A DNA stretch of 64,000 nucleotides from positions 864,001 to 928,000 of the forward strand of contig CBDCTH010000012.1 of NCBI GenBank assembly GCA_965222155.1, given 5' to 3'. Within the stretch, counting starts at the first letter, position 1; every line of letters starts with the position of its first letter. Source of the DNA: Gammaproteobacteria bacterium (GTDB taxonomy: Bacteria > Pseudomonadota > Gammaproteobacteria > Eutrophobiales > Eutrophobiaceae). The translations under genes were made by a program, and so were the position numbers. The notes beneath the pieces were generated by a model, which searched no databases, was not told where the DNA came from, and saw only the letters and a program-made list of their open reading frames with translations. Positions 38,113-49,633 of this stretch are shown here, piece after piece.

Positions 38113-39639
38113 CTACTTCGGCAACTGCCCCGCCAGCATGTGAGGTTTCACCAGTAATCTTTCCAGTAACTCAAAGAAAAGTTCCACCAGGATGGCCAGG
38201 CCCGCCGCCGGGATGGCGCCCTGCAGGATCAGGTTGGTATCGTTGAGCGCCAGTCCGGTTACGATAGGTTCACCCAGCCCGCCTGCGCCGATGAACGCAG
38301 CCAGGGTCGCCGTGCCGATGCTGATGATGGCTGCCGTCCTGACGCCCGCCAGGATAGTCGGTAGCGCTATCGGTAGTAATACATGGCGCAGTTGTTCCCA
38401 CCTGGTCAAGCCTATGGCTTCGGCCACCCGTTTCAACAGCGGGTCGATAGTGACCAGCGCGGTAATGGTGTTTCGCAGTATGGGCAACAGGGAATACAGA
38501 AACAGCGCGATGATCGCCGGTCGTTCACCAATCCCGAACAGCGGGATCATCAGCGCCAGTAATGCGATGGAAGGGATGGTCTGCAGCAACCCGGCAAGGT
38601 AAACGGTGACTCTCGCCACGGAACGGATGCGAAAAACAAGAATGCCCAGCGGCAGACCCAACAGGCAGCCCAGGGCCAGGGCTATAGCCGTCAGCTTGAG
38701 ATGGGTCACGGTATTGCCCAGGATCGAAGAGACAAGCCCGTATTCAACTTCCGTATCCCCCAGTCCTTCATCCCGGATGAATTCACTCGCAACTTCTGCA
38801 AAGCTCTTACCGTCGATGGTCGTCATCCTGTTCAGTTCCTGCATACGGTCATCGTCGATTCTTCCGGACAGACCAAGCAGGACTTCCCTGGCCCTATCCG
38901 ACAGCTCCAGGCGCGTAAACGGGACGGCAAAATATTGCGGGAAATAACCCCGGTCGTCGTCGAGCACGGTCAAGGCATACCTGGCCAGTTCTCCGTCGGT
39001 GGAATAGGCATCAATCACATCAACAGATCCGTCGACGATGGCTTGGTAGGCCAGACCGTGTTCAATACCTGTGGGCTTTCCGGACAGACCGTAAGTCCTG
39101 TCCAGGCCGGGCCAGCCATCTTCCCGATTCAGGAATTCCAGGGAGAAGGCCAGAACCAGTTCCGGGTGGGACGCCAGGTCCGATATCCGCGAAATCCCTT
39201 TCTCCTCGGAGGTTTTTTCCCGCATCACCAGGGCGTACGTATTGTTGAACCCGAGTGGATCGAGTACCTGCAGGCCCTGTTCCGAGACCGCCGTATTCAG
39301 TTGGTCCAGAGCCGTTGCCGGAATATCTGTCTTCAGGATGACTTCCGCCAGGGTGCCTGTATACTCCACGTAAACATCTATCGCGCCATTTGCCAGGGCC
39401 TCGTAACAGACCAGTGTGCCGCCCAGACCGAATTTGCGGTCGACGCTGAACCCTTCCAGTTCCAGTGACTGTGCGAAAATCTCGGCCAGCAGGTAGCCTT
39501 CATTGAAGTTTTTACTCCCGACGGTGATTTGAGCGAAACTCGGCAGGATACAGAGTAGATACAGGCTCAGACAGATCAGGGGTCGGACCAATATAATCCA
39601 AGATAACTTTTTGATTATGTTGGAAAAATATCTGAACAT
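38113..39639 (-). CDS. Osmoprotectant ABC transporter, fused substrate-binding/permease (start uncertain)
   Basis: VGSKNFNE, YVEYTGT, GFNNTYAL, YSTDG and QTIPSIALL. Confidence 0.92.
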   Translation of the reverse strand: MFRYFSNIIKKLSWIILVRPLICLSLYLLCILPSFAQITVGSKNFNEGYLLAEIFAQSLELEGFSVDRKFGLGGTLVCYEALANGAIDVYVEYTGTLAEVILKTDIPATALDQLNTAVSEQGLQVLDPLGFNNTYALVMREKTSEEKGISRISDLASHPELVLAFSLEFLNREDGWPGLDRTYGLSGKPTGIEHGLAYQAIVDGSVDVIDAYSTDGELARYALTVLDDDRGYFPQYFAVPFTRLELSDRAREVLLGLSGRIDDDRMQELNRMTTIDGKSFAEVASEFIRDEGLGDTEVEYGLVSSILGNTVTHLKLTAIALALGCLLGLPLGILVFRIRSVARVTVYLAGLLQTIPSIALLALMIPLFGIGERPAIIALFLYSLLPILRNTITALVTIDPLLKRVAEAIGLTRWEQLRHVLLPIALPTILAGVRTAAIISIGTATLAAFIGAGGLGEPIVTGLALNDTNLILQGAIPAAGLAILVELFFELLERLLVKPHMLAGQLPK

Positions 39640-39834
39640 GACGTTTTTTCCAGCCTTAGAAGGCGTTTTTTGCGGTGAAGAACATCATTTTAAGCAACAC
39701 TCTACGCTGACAAGTAATATTGTGTCCTTTTTCGTAGTAAAAAGTGCCTTCTAAGGCTGAAAAAAGCTCATTCATCGATATATTAGTCTGTAAAATCAAA
39801 TAGTTATATGTGGTTATGCAGGTCTGACCCCTGA
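39576..39834. repeat. ~260-bp imperfect foldback element with GGGGTC(G/A)GACC termini
   Basis: TCAGGGGTCGGACC / GGTCTGACCCCTGA, with inner CAGCCTTAGAAGGC / GCCTTCTAAGGCTG. Confidence 0.75.
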
Positions 39835-40569
39835 AAATTCGACCTCGTTCAAAAATAATCCCCTGACATAATCATCAGCCGGGCCTGTCCTGATCTCATG
39901 TAAACTGCCTTGCCGAATAACCTGACCCTGCTTCAGGATTACCAGCCGCTTGGCGAGCCTGGTTGCCTCACTCATGTCATGCGTCACCAGCAGGATGGAC
40001 CTGTCGCCGGTATGCTCGAGTTGCAGCAATTCCCGGTAGATGGACGCGCGGGTAATGGGATCGAGTCCTGAGAACGGTTCATCCAGCAACAGCAACGGCG
40101 GGTCCAGCATCATGGCCCGGCATAATCCCACCCGTTGTGCCTGCCCGCCGGACAGACTATGGGGGAAGCGTCCGGATAATTCGTCATCCAGGCCAAACAG
40201 CGCCAGCAGGTTGTTGTATCGGTCCCTGATCCGGCCGGCCGGCCATCCTTCCAGCCTAGCCACCAGGGTTACGTTTTCCCGGATCGTGAGATGGGGAAAC
40301 AAGCCGGCGCCCTGCACGGCGTAACCCATAGTGCGGCGTATTCCGGGTAAACGGCTGTAATCCAGTAACTCACCCTGTACCCGGACGCTGCCGGAATCAG
40401 GTAAAACCAGTCCGTTGATCAGTTGCAGGAGGGTTGACTTGCCGCTGCCGCTCTCCCCGACAATCGCCGTCGTGGTATTTACCGGCAGCGCCAGGGAGAC
40501 ATCCCGGATGACCGGCTTGCCGCCGTAGGACTTTATAATGTGCTCAAACTCGATAGAATGACCGGACAA
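39814..40569 (-). CDS. Osmoprotectant ABC transporter ATP-binding protein
   Basis: GESGSGKS, LSGGQ, LLLDEPF and VTHD. Confidence 0.93.
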   Translation of the reverse strand: MSGHSIEFEHIIKSYGGKPVIRDVSLALPVNTTTAIVGESGSGKSTLLQLINGLVLPDSGSVRVQGELLDYSRLPGIRRTMGYAVQGAGLFPHLTIRENVTLVARLEGWPAGRIRDRYNNLLALFGLDDELSGRFPHSLSGGQAQRVGLCRAMMLDPPLLLLDEPFSGLDPITRASIYRELLQLEHTGDRSILLVTHDMSEATRLAKRLVILKQGQVIRQGSLHEIRTGPADDYVRGLFLNEVEFSGVRPA

Positions 40570-40717
40570 GCTGACAAGACCTCATTATTGCCAAAGCAGT
40601 CAGTATAACCAACGTTGTCGATAGATGCTCCACCGCCATTCCGGCTTTCCCCTGGCATCCTGCGTCACTTCGTCATTCTGGCGAATGACGAGGGGGTCCA
40701 CATAATTCCCCCAGATC

Positions 40718-42253
40718 TTACTGGTTGCTTGGAAAGGAAAACTGCGCCTTCTCGACAGAATCAGAGGGCCAACGTTGGGTGATAGTCTTGCGTCGCGTGT
40801 AAAAACGGATGGAATCGGGAACGTAAGCACTGAGATCGCCAAACAGGGAACGTTTCCAGCCACCGAAGCTGTGATAGGCAACCGGTACCGGCAAAGGCAC
40901 GTTGACGCCGACCATGCCGACTTTGATATTGTCAGTGAAATAACGGGCGATACCGCCATCACGGGTAAACAGGCAGGTGCCGTTTCCGTATTCGTGTTCA
41001 TCAGTGATCCGCATCGCCTCCTGCAGGCTCTGCACACGCACCACGCATAAAACGGGACCGAATATTTCCTCCTTGTAGATACGCATTTCCGCGGTCACTT
41101 GGTCAAACAGGCAGCCACCAAGAAAGAATCCGTCCGGCTGGTGGGGAACACTAAACTCACGCCCATCCACCACCAGTTCGGCGCCTTCCGCCACACCCAG
41201 GTCAACATAGCCGCGTACTTTCTCGTAGTGAGGTTTGCTGATTAGAGGCCCCATTTCATTATGGCTGTCGATGCCCGCACCGATCTTCAGGTCAGCCACT
41301 CGCAGCGATAGTTTTTTTACCACTTCATCGGCAACTTCGTCACCGACACACACTACTACGGAAATGGCCATACAGCGTTCGCCACAGGAACCATAAGCGG
41401 CGCCCATTAACGCATTCACTGCGTTATCCATATCGGCATCCGGCATGACAATGGCGTGGTTCTTCGCGCCTCCCAATGCCTGGACTCTTTTTCCATTGAC
41501 CGTCCCGGTTTGATAAATGTATTCAGCCACAGGAGTTGATCCCACAAAGCTCACGGCTTCCACTCTGGGGTCAGCCAACAAGGTATCAACGGCTTTTTTG
41601 TCCCCATTGACAACATTAAACACGCCATCCGGTAATCCCGCTTCTTTGAATAGTTCAGCTATACGGGTTGGCGCGCCAGGGTCTTTTTCCGATGGTTTCA
41701 GCACAAAAGTATTGCCGCAAATGATGGCCATGGGGTACATCCACAGGGGCACCATAGCCGGAAAATTAAACGGGGTAATACCGGCAACGACTCCCAGCGG
41801 CTGAAATTCGGACCAACTGTCAATGCCGGGGCTGACGTCCTTACTGTGTTCCCCCTTCAATAATTCGGGCGCGCCACAGGCATATTCAACAACCTCCACA
41901 CCCCGGGCGAACTCGCCACGTGCGTCATCCAGGACTTTACCGTGTTCTGCAGTCAATAAAGTAACGATCTCATTTGCGTGTTGTTCCAATAACGTCTTAA
42001 AACGGAACATGATCCGGGCCCGTTTGATGGGGGGTGTCTGGCGCCACGCCGGATAAGCTGCCGCCGCGGCCGCAATGGCTTTCTCCACCGTTGCCTTACC
42101 CGCCAGCGCCACGTGGTGCGTGATTTGACCCGTAGCGGGATTATAAATTGCCTGCATGCGCTCATTAGCGTCTGTTACTGCATGACCGTTGATATAATGC
42201 CCGACAACATGGTCGGTCAGGTTCAGGTCTTCTACTGGTCGTATTGATCTCAT
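40718..42253 (-). CDS. mmsA: CoA-acylating methylmalonate-semialdehyde dehydrogenase
   Basis: ITPFNFPAM, GGAKNH, GERCMA and GVNVPLPVP. Confidence 0.95.
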   Translation of the reverse strand: MRSIRPVEDLNLTDHVVGHYINGHAVTDANERMQAIYNPATGQITHHVALAGKATVEKAIAAAAAAYPAWRQTPPIKRARIMFRFKTLLEQHANEIVTLLTAEHGKVLDDARGEFARGVEVVEYACGAPELLKGEHSKDVSPGIDSWSEFQPLGVVAGITPFNFPAMVPLWMYPMAIICGNTFVLKPSEKDPGAPTRIAELFKEAGLPDGVFNVVNGDKKAVDTLLADPRVEAVSFVGSTPVAEYIYQTGTVNGKRVQALGGAKNHAIVMPDADMDNAVNALMGAAYGSCGERCMAISVVVCVGDEVADEVVKKLSLRVADLKIGAGIDSHNEMGPLISKPHYEKVRGYVDLGVAEGAELVVDGREFSVPHQPDGFFLGGCLFDQVTAEMRIYKEEIFGPVLCVVRVQSLQEAMRITDEHEYGNGTCLFTRDGGIARYFTDNIKVGMVGVNVPLPVPVAYHSFGGWKRSLFGDLSAYVPDSIRFYTRRKTITQRWPSDSVEKAQFSFPSNQ

Positions 42254-42306
42254 TTGAGTATTCTGGTGTTAATCAAGCGTGTATATCAGTTTACCAACAA
42301 TATGCT

Positions 42307-44979
42307 TTATGCGGCCAGCTCCCGCAATACGTAGTGTAAAATGCCGCCGTTGTTGTAGTACTCCCATTCCTTCGGCGTGTCCACCCGGACCAGGGCAGCG
42401 AATTCCGTCGTGGCGCCGTCGTCAGCGACAGCGCTGACCCCGACTTCCCTGGCACCGGTCTCCAGGCCGTGGATGGAATAGGTTTCCCGCCCCGTCAAAC
42501 CGAGTTTATCGGTATTTTCACCGGGCTTGAACACCAGGGGCAGCACCCCCATGCCGACCAGGTTGGAACGGTGTATGCGCTCAAAGCTGACTGCAATCAC
42601 CGCGCGCACGCCAAGCAGCCTGGCGCCTTTTGCCGCCCAGTCCCGGGATGAACCGGTGCCGTATTCACTGCCTGCCAGGACGATCAAGGGCACGTCTTCC
42701 TCCTTGTACCTCATCGCCGCCGCGTAAATCGACATCTGTTCAGCGGAAGGCTGGTGTATGGTCCATCCCCCTTCAGTTCCCGGCGCCAGTTGATTGCGCA
42801 AACGGATATTGGCAAAGGTGCCGCGCATCATCACCTCGTGGTTGCCGCGCCGGGAGCCGTATGAGTTGAAATCCACCGGCTTTACCCCTTTATCGATCAG
42901 GTACCTGCCCGCCGGCGTGTCGGCCTTGATGGCGCCGGCAGGGGAGATGTGATCGGTGGTGATGCTGTCGCCCAGCTTTACCAGTATTCTTGCGCCCTGT
43001 ATCGGTTCAAGCGCGTCTGGCGTGGCGCTCATGCCCTCAAAATAAGGAGGGTTCTGTACGTAAGTGGAGTCGTTGCTCCATTGATAGCGGTTGCTCTCCG
43101 GGACGTTGATGCCGGTCCAGTTGGCATCACCGGTAAAGGCTTGCCGGTATGAATTACGGAACATGTCCGAATCGACCGATGCGGCGATGACGCCATTGAT
43201 CTCGGCCTGGCTGGGCCAGATATCCTTCAGGTAGACGGCGTTGCCGTCGGCGTCGCGGCCCAGGGGGTCATTCTGCAGGTCGATATCCATCGTTCCGGCT
43301 ATTGCATAGGCGACCACCAGCGGCGGCGAGGCCAGGAAATTCATTTTGACTTCTGCATGAACCCGGCCTTCAAAGTTGCGGTTGCCGGATAATACCGCAG
43401 TAGCGACCAGATCACCTTGCGCAATCCCCCGACTTACCTCCTCGGGCAAGGGGCCGGAATTGCCGATACAGGTGGTGCAACCGTAGCCGACGATATTGAA
43501 TCCCAGGTTGTCGAGATCAGCCGTGAGCCCGGCCCGGTTCAGGTAGTCGCGCACTACCAGGGAGCCCGGCGCCAGGCTGGTCTTTACCCAGGGTTTGACC
43601 GCCAGCCCACGCGCGCCGGCTTTTTTTGCGACCAGCCCGGCGCCGACCATTACCGAGGGGTTTGACGTATTGGTGCAAGAGGTGATGGCCGCAATGACTA
43701 CCGCACCGTCTTTCAAATCGTAATGGTCACCCAGCGGCGTTTCCACCCGGGCAACCCCGCCACCGTCCCGACCCCTGGTAGCGTCCGCCAGGTGCCCGCG
43801 GAAACTGTCTTTGGCATGCGCCAGAGGGATCCGGTCCTGGGGCCGTTTCGGCCCTGCCAGGCTGGGCGTTACCGTGCCGATATCAAGACTCAGGGTGGCG
43901 GAATAATCGGCTTCCGGCGTCCCGGTGTCACGCCACATCCCCTGCGCCCTTGCGTAAGCCTCGACCAGTTCAACCTGCTCATTATCCCGGCCTGACAGGC
44001 GCAGGTAATTGACGGTTTCCCGGTCAATGGGGAAGATGCCGCAGGTCGCGCCGTATTCCGGCGCCATGTTGGCGATGGTCGCCCGGTCGGCCAGCGACAG
44101 GTTGTCCAGGCCGTCTCCGTAAAATTCGACGAACTTGCCCACCACGCCGTGTTTCCTGAGCATTTCAACCACGGTCAGGACCAGGTCCGTGGCCGTAGCG
44201 CCCTCAGGCAGCGCGCCGCTGAGTTTGAAACCGACCACTTCGGGGATCAGCATGGTGATAGGTTGTCCCAGCATTGCCGCTTCCGCCTCAATACCGCCCA
44301 CGCCCCAGCCGAGTACGCCCAGGCCGTTGATCATCGTGGTATGGGAATCGGTGCCGACCACGGTATCGGGATAGGCTTCGACCACGCCGTCAACCTCCCT
44401 GGTGAACACCGTCCTGGCCAGGTATTCCAGGTTGACCTGGTGCACAATGCCGGTGTCCGGCGGCACCACCTTGAAATTGGAGAACGCCTGTTGTCCCCAG
44501 CGCAGGAACTCATAGCGTTCCCGGTTGCGTTTGAATTCAATGACCGCGTTTCGTTGCGCCGCATCCGCCGTGCCGAAGACGTCCACCATCACTGAATGAT
44601 CAATGACGAGTTCAGCCGGCGACAGCGGATTGATCTTTTCCGGGTCGCCGCCCAGTGATTGCATGGCGTCGCGCATGGCGGCGAGATCAACCACAGCCGG
44701 GACGCCGGTAAAGTCCTGCATCAATACCCGGGCCGGGGTAAAGGAGATCTCCTGTTCCGGCTTTGCCTTCGCATCCCAATCGGCCAGGGCAGTGATGTCG
44801 GCGCGGGTGATATTGACCCCGTCCTCGTGGCGTAACAGGTTCTCCAGCAGGATTTTCAGGGAATAGGGCAGGCGGCTGATGTCTTGCCTCCCGTCCGGCG
44901 CCTGTAGTGAATAAATCCGGTATTCCTTGTTATTTACCGTAATGGTTTTTAGTTTATCGTCAGTCATGCCTTGCTCCAT
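42307..44979 (-). CDS. acnA: Aconitate hydratase A
   Basis: [31 protein letters not shown] and [10 protein letters not shown]. Confidence 0.98.
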   Translation of the reverse strand: MEQGMTDDKLKTITVNNKEYRIYSLQAPDGRQDISRLPYSLKILLENLLRHEDGVNITRADITALADWDAKAKPEQEISFTPARVLMQDFTGVPAVVDLAAMRDAMQSLGGDPEKINPLSPAELVIDHSVMVDVFGTADAAQRNAVIEFKRNRERYEFLRWGQQAFSNFKVVPPDTGIVHQVNLEYLARTVFTREVDGVVEAYPDTVVGTDSHTTMINGLGVLGWGVGGIEAEAAMLGQPITMLIPEVVGFKLSGALPEGATATDLVLTVVEMLRKHGVVGKFVEFYGDGLDNLSLADRATIANMAPEYGATCGIFPIDRETVNYLRLSGRDNEQVELVEAYARAQGMWRDTGTPEADYSATLSLDIGTVTPSLAGPKRPQDRIPLAHAKDSFRGHLADATRGRDGGGVARVETPLGDHYDLKDGAVVIAAITSCTNTSNPSVMVGAGLVAKKAGARGLAVKPWVKTSLAPGSLVVRDYLNRAGLTADLDNLGFNIVGYGCTTCIGNSGPLPEEVSRGIAQGDLVATAVLSGNRNFEGRVHAEVKMNFLASPPLVVAYAIAGTMDIDLQNDPLGRDADGNAVYLKDIWPSQAEINGVIAASVDSDMFRNSYRQAFTGDANWTGINVPESNRYQWSNDSTYVQNPPYFEGMSATPDALEPIQGARILVKLGDSITTDHISPAGAIKADTPAGRYLIDKGVKPVDFNSYGSRRGNHEVMMRGTFANIRLRNQLAPGTEGGWTIHQPSAEQMSIYAAAMRYKEEDVPLIVLAGSEYGTGSSRDWAAKGARLLGVRAVIAVSFERIHRSNLVGMGVLPLVFKPGENTDKLGLTGRETYSIHGLETGAREVGVSAVADDGATTEFAALVRVDTPKEWEYYNNGGILHYVLRELAA

Positions 44980-44990
44980 ACAGCGGTTCT

Positions 44991-45647
44991 CTAGGATACG
45001 GTCTCGCGCCGGATAGTGGCCTTGATGATCTCCAGTTTCTCGACAGTCCGGCCGCTGTTGTTGCCGCGTTCTTCCAGGGCCTTCAGCGTTTCCTGACCGG
45101 CTACCAGTTCCCCGAAGATTGTGTGCTTGCCATCCAGGTATTGAGTAGGCACAAAGGTTATAAAGAACTGGCTGCCGTCCGTTCCGGGCCCGGCATTCGC
45201 CATGCTCAGCAGTCCAGGGCGATCGTGGGACAGGCCCGCGGGAAACTCGCCCTCATAACGATAGCCGGGACCACCCCGTCCGGTGCCGGTGGGATCGCCG
45301 CCCTGCGCCATGAATCCGGGGATGACCCGGTGCAACAGCACCTCATCATAAAACCCCAGCTCGGTGAGGTATATCGTACTGCTCACATGCATGGGCGTGC
45401 TCTCGTGGAACAGCAGGAAGCTCATATTGCCTACGTTGGTTTCCATCTCCCAGTAGTATTTCTCGCCGGGTTTAAAGTCCATAACCCCGGGCTTGTCAAG
45501 TTGCTGTTTCCAGTTCGGATTGCTCTTATCCACATCCGCCGCCTGCACCCGGAATGCCTCGCCATCCGCGACCTTCGCCTCCTGATAACAGGCCGATAAA
45601 ACCCCGGGGGCAACGAAAAATAACCAAAACTTTTGTGCTTTCAACAT
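44991..45647 (-). CDS. Cyclophilin-type peptidyl-prolyl isomerase (lipoprotein-like)
   Basis: [28 protein letters not shown] and LDGKHTIFG. Confidence 0.93.
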   Translation of the reverse strand: MLKAQKFWLFFVAPGVLSACYQEAKVADGEAFRVQAADVDKSNPNWKQQLDKPGVMDFKPGEKYYWEMETNVGNMSFLLFHESTPMHVSSTIYLTELGFYDEVLLHRVIPGFMAQGGDPTGTGRGGPGYRYEGEFPAGLSHDRPGLLSMANAGPGTDGSQFFITFVPTQYLDGKHTIFGELVAGQETLKALEERGNNSGRTVEKLEIIKATIRRETVS

Positions 45648-45860
45648 TACATTTCCTCTGTCAGTCTGATTTGAGTACCGACATTCTACAATGGAAAAAC
45701 TGCTTGTAACCTTTTTATGTTGGAAAACACCAGGAAAACACAGTATGCGTTACAGCTACGGACAGCAATGTTCCTGACAACAGGGGCATCTCAAAGTCAG
45801 TAGACACCCTCCGTACCATTCCCGCACACGCGGCTAACAATGCTGAGAAAAAGAGAAAAA

Positions 45861-46325
45861 GGGGGACAGACCCCGTTTTAGCCCATTGTCGTCATTCCGG
45901 AGAATGCCGAGTAGTGGCACATAGCCTGCCCCTGCATGCTGTAAGCAGGGGGATGTGCCGTTTACGGACCTAAGGATGGAAATCCAGTGAAACAATGAGT
46001 CGCCGGAGCCTGCCCCGGCATGTCGTAAGCCAGGGGCGACACAGTATAAGACTGGATACCGGGACAAGCCCGACGCCAGGGCGGAAATGGCGCGCTACAT
46101 CCCCAAGCGACACAGTATAAGACTGGATACCGGGACAAGCCCGGTATGACGACATTTTGCCCGGTATGACGACGTGGGGCGGCGCCGAAAAAACGGGGTT
46201 TGTCCCCCATTTTCACATTTCCCCCACTTCCCCCATTTCCATTTGGGTTTAAACACTTTCCCTTTTATGTTACGCTGATACATCCCTCTTATGGACGGGC
46301 TTGGGCCGGATTTAAATCTATCCCC
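45861..46325. repeat. Mosaic cluster of REP-like palindromes
   Basis: GGGGACAGACCCC, CGTC-type arms, two ~27-bp hairpins, and a direct repeat of GCGACACAGTATAAGACTGGATACCGGGACAAGCCC. Confidence 0.8.
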
Positions 46326-46351
46326 CGTTATATCTTTTTTGAGAATGTGCA

Positions 46352-46870
46352 GTGTCTGACAGAGAATTTAAACCACTGAATATCGCCGTATTGGTCATAT
46401 CCGATTCACGGACGGAAAAAACCGATAAGTCGGGGAAACTCCTGACTCGCAGACTGGAGGAGGCCGGCCACCGGCTTCATGAAAGGAGTATCGTGCCGGA
46501 TGATATCTATCGGATCCGCGCGACGGTTTCCGGCTGGTGCGCCACAGAAAATGTGGATGCAATCCTGACTACGGGTGGGACGGGAGTAACCGGCCGGGAC
46601 GGCACACCCGAGGCCGTTTCGATCTTGTTTGATAAGGAAATAGAGGGCTTCGGGGAGCTGTTCCGATATTTGTCCTACCAGGAGATAGCTACTTCCTCAT
46701 TGCAATCACGCGCTGTTGCAGGGGTAGCCGGCGGCACGTATATTTTTTGCCTGCCGGGTTCAGCGGGCGCCTGCGCCACCGCCTGGGACAAGATAATTTC
46801 ACACCAGTTGGATTACCGGACCCGGCCTTGTAACCTGGTTGAACTGATGCCCAGACTGATGGAATACTGA
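46352..46870 (+). CDS. moaB: Molybdenum cofactor biosynthesis protein B
   Basis: TTGGTG-x-TGRDGTPEA, GFGELFR, SRA and LPGS. Confidence 0.95.
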   Translation: MSDREFKPLNIAVLVISDSRTEKTDKSGKLLTRRLEEAGHRLHERSIVPDDIYRIRATVSGWCATENVDAILTTGGTGVTGRDGTPEAVSILFDKEIEGFGELFRYLSYQEIATSSLQSRAVAGVAGGTYIFCLPGSAGACATAWDKIISHQLDYRTRPCNLVELMPRLMEY

Positions 46871-47853
46871 TGTTCGGGAGAATATTGACAGGCTTATCTA
46901 TCCGGGTTGCTTTTATCCTGGTATGCGCATTCAGTTTCATGCCGGTCCGGGCGACTGTTTCCTATACGCTGATGGAGCCTGATGCTTCACTGATAGGCGC
47001 GGTGGAGAAAGTCTATGCCGAAAACAAGGACACTCTCCCTGATATAGCCAGGGCCAACGGGCTTGGTTACCAGGAGATCAAGCTGGCCAATCCCGGCGTG
47101 GATACCTGGTTGCCGGGGCAGGGCACGGAAGTTGTGCTGCCGACCCTGTTTGTTTTGCCGGTTACCCCCCATGTCGGCATCGTGCTGAATATTCCCGAGA
47201 TGCGCCTTTACTATTTTCCTCCGCAGGATTCGGACCAGGCTGCGGAGGTTATTACCCATCCAATCGGAGTGGGCCGTCAAGGCTGGTCAACACCTTATAT
47301 GAATACCCGGATCATCCAGAAGAAAACCCGGCCTTACTGGCATCCGCCGGAATCCATCCGCAAGGAACATGCCGAACAAGGGGATCCGTTACCTAAGCGG
47401 GTGCCGCCGGGGCCGAACAACCCGTTGGGCAACTATGCAATGAGGCTGGGAATGCCCGAGTATATTATCCATGGCACCAATAAGCCGTTCGGTATAGGGA
47501 TGCGGGTCAGCCACGGTTGTATCCGGTTGTATCCTGAAGACATCAAGAGCCTGTACCAGCAGGTCGAATTGCGCACGCCTGTCCGCATCGTCAACCAGCC
47601 CTATAAGGTAGGTAGATATAACGACAAAATTTACCTGGAAGCCCATCCTTTTATGGAGGAGGACGCGGAGCAGTTCGAAGGTAATCTGACCAGTGTTGTT
47701 GAAATGCTGATAAAAATAACCGGAGACATGGGATACCATGTGGATTGGGGTCTGGCGCATTCAGTCATAGCCGAGAGTAACGGCATCCCGGTTGAAATCG
47801 GTCGGCTTATCAGAACAGAACAGCAGGATGGCGTGGAGAAACCGGAATTTTAG
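46870..47853 (+). CDS. L,D-transpeptidase (ErfK/YbiS/YcfS family)
   Basis: LysM-like ANPGVDTWLP and IHGTNKPFGIGMRVSHGCIRL. Confidence 0.93.
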   Translation: MFGRILTGLSIRVAFILVCAFSFMPVRATVSYTLMEPDASLIGAVEKVYAENKDTLPDIARANGLGYQEIKLANPGVDTWLPGQGTEVVLPTLFVLPVTPHVGIVLNIPEMRLYYFPPQDSDQAAEVITHPIGVGRQGWSTPYMNTRIIQKKTRPYWHPPESIRKEHAEQGDPLPKRVPPGPNNPLGNYAMRLGMPEYIIHGTNKPFGIGMRVSHGCIRLYPEDIKSLYQQVELRTPVRIVNQPYKVGRYNDKIYLEAHPFMEEDAEQFEGNLTSVVEMLIKITGDMGYHVDWGLAHSVIAESNGIPVEIGRLIRTEQQDGVEKPEF

Positions 47854-47985
47854 GGAAACCTACCCCTCCGCACGACAATCAGTATCGTCGCGCAGTCTTT
47901 GATGGTGCCTCTTCCCGGCGCGCTACGGTTACGCAGCGCACCGGTCGGAAAGTAGTTGATTTAAGCGGTCAGACTGGAATGACGC

Positions 47986-48276
47986 TTATTTCTGCATCGC
48001 TTTTTCAAACATGCGATCCAGCTTGCTTGAGTTTTCATTGCAACATGCGTTTGCTGCATCAGCCGCGGATTGGGCTGCTTTGGCTGCATCCATTGCCTGA
48101 TTAGCTGCTGACATGGCGCTATCGGCCGCAGACACTGCAGAAGCCGCACTATTCGCTACGGATTGAGCATTCTCTGCAATTGCCCTGACCTCATTAAGCT
48201 GCTCAACTGTAGCACAACCGCCCAGTATCATTAATACGGCAGCAAAAAATGTGACTTTGACTAAGGTTCTCTTCAT
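47986..48276 (-). CDS. Lpp/OprI-like alanine-zipper lipoprotein
   Basis: Lipobox LGGC, Ala-rich heptads, C-terminal Lys (DRMFEKAMQK). Confidence 0.85.
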   Translation of the reverse strand: MKRTLVKVTFFAAVLMILGGCATVEQLNEVRAIAENAQSVANSAASAVSAADSAMSAANQAMDAAKAAQSAADAANACCNENSSKLDRMFEKAMQK

Positions 48277-48474
48277 ATTTTCTTCTCCAGTTTGCCCGGT
48301 TACAGGGATTGTAAGCAATTCAAGTCCGCCAATAATGACGCATTTTTCCGACAGAATCAATCCGCAGATAATTATCTTTTACATCAAACCCCAAATATAA
48401 CACCTAACACTAAATAATACAGAAATAATCAGCAGTAATTCCGCCCGTCAAGCCCGGCGCCTATGCCGTCCTGC

Positions 48475-48840
48475 TCAACGACCCGGGCTGCCTGGTGGGG
48501 TGCGGTAGCGTGTAGCATATTGGCTGTCGATAAACTCAAGCAAAGACCGCTCAATCCCGCTCATTTGATTCGGTTCACAATAATCATCCAGCCAGGTCAT
48601 GATCTCATCCAGCGTCATACTTCCTGAAATGCTGTAGGTTTCCGGTGTCATGGCGTTAAATGCGGTTAAATATCCCATGATGAAATATTTATATGCTTCG
48701 TCCTCACCTGCAGAACGATCTTTCATATAGCGGAAACAGGACTTCTGGCCTTTCCCCCAGATTGCATAGTTACCCGATGGATCGACAGCCTGGGCTTGCA
48801 GCGACAGGACGATTATTAATACGCAGACAAAAATCCTCAT
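48475..48840 (-). CDS. Hypothetical secreted protein
   Basis: Signal peptide (AQA), two Cys, GYLTAFN. Confidence 0.7.
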   Translation of the reverse strand: MRIFVCVLIIVLSLQAQAVDPSGNYAIWGKGQKSCFRYMKDRSAGEDEAYKYFIMGYLTAFNAMTPETYSISGSMTLDEIMTWLDDYCEPNQMSGIERSLLEFIDSQYATRYRTPPGSPGR

Positions 48841-48922
48841 TAAACATTCCTCGATTAGTTCTCAGTGGCAGGAAATACTGACAATGGTGCGCCCTCAACT
48901 GACTGTGGGTATGGAATAAACC

Positions 48923-49495
48923 TTATTGATCGTAGAACGGCATTATGCGGCCGGAAAACTGTGATTTCAAAAATTCCATCTGGTCGACCAGTATTTTTCT
49001 GTTCGACAAGGCGAGATACTCGGCCCAGTTCGGTACATACGGCACTGCCAGCAGCGGCATCCCGGCTTCTTCAGGACTCCTGTTGCCCTTGCGGGTATTG
49101 CATGAGCGGCAGGCAGTGACCACATTTGACCAGCGGTCAGCGCCCCCGCGCGACATGGGTATGACATGATCCCGGGTTAATGCCATGCCCTTATGATGGT
49201 TGCCGCAATACATGCAGATGCGCGCATCACGCAGAAACAGTTCGCGGTTGGTCAATGGCGGAACGGTTCGATAAATGTACTTATGATTCCTGGAACGTTT
49301 GACCGCGATAATGGAATTAATCGAGACAGTGGAACGTAAGCCACTCATTTTATTAACGCCGCCATGGAACGTAAAGGTTTCATTACCCGCGGTCCAGCCC
49401 ACCATATCACGGCAATAAAGACTCACCGCGTCCTGCCAGGGGAGCCAGGTAACCGGTGTCCCGGATATATCAAGTCGCAAGATCAGTGGTTTCAT
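48923..49495 (-). CDS. HNH endonuclease
   Basis: CMYCG, TRDHVIP-x-SRGG and NVVTACRSCN. Confidence 0.92.
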   Translation of the reverse strand: MKPLILRLDISGTPVTWLPWQDAVSLYCRDMVGWTAGNETFTFHGGVNKMSGLRSTVSINSIIAVKRSRNHKYIYRTVPPLTNRELFLRDARICMYCGNHHKGMALTRDHVIPMSRGGADRWSNVVTACRSCNTRKGNRSPEEAGMPLLAVPYVPNWAEYLALSNRKILVDQMEFLKSQFSGRIMPFYDQ

Positions 49496-49633
49496 GTGTT
49501 AATCTGATATTCTGATGCCAGGCCGCATCTCGGCAGGCCCGGCACGGCGCCATATTTTCCGTCTGGAATTACAACAACCAAAAAGTAACATAAAATTAAG
49601 ATATTACAAGCCATTTATTACAGGAAATGTGAT

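Noticed and set aside
46870-48276. L,D-transpeptidase next to an Lpp/OprI-like lipoprotein
   Set aside because: Common, expected envelope-anchoring pairing
48923-49495. HNH nuclease as an IscB or Cas9-related effector
   Set aside because: Stand-alone short HNH with no RuvC or PLMP motif and no adjacent guide-like RNA seen
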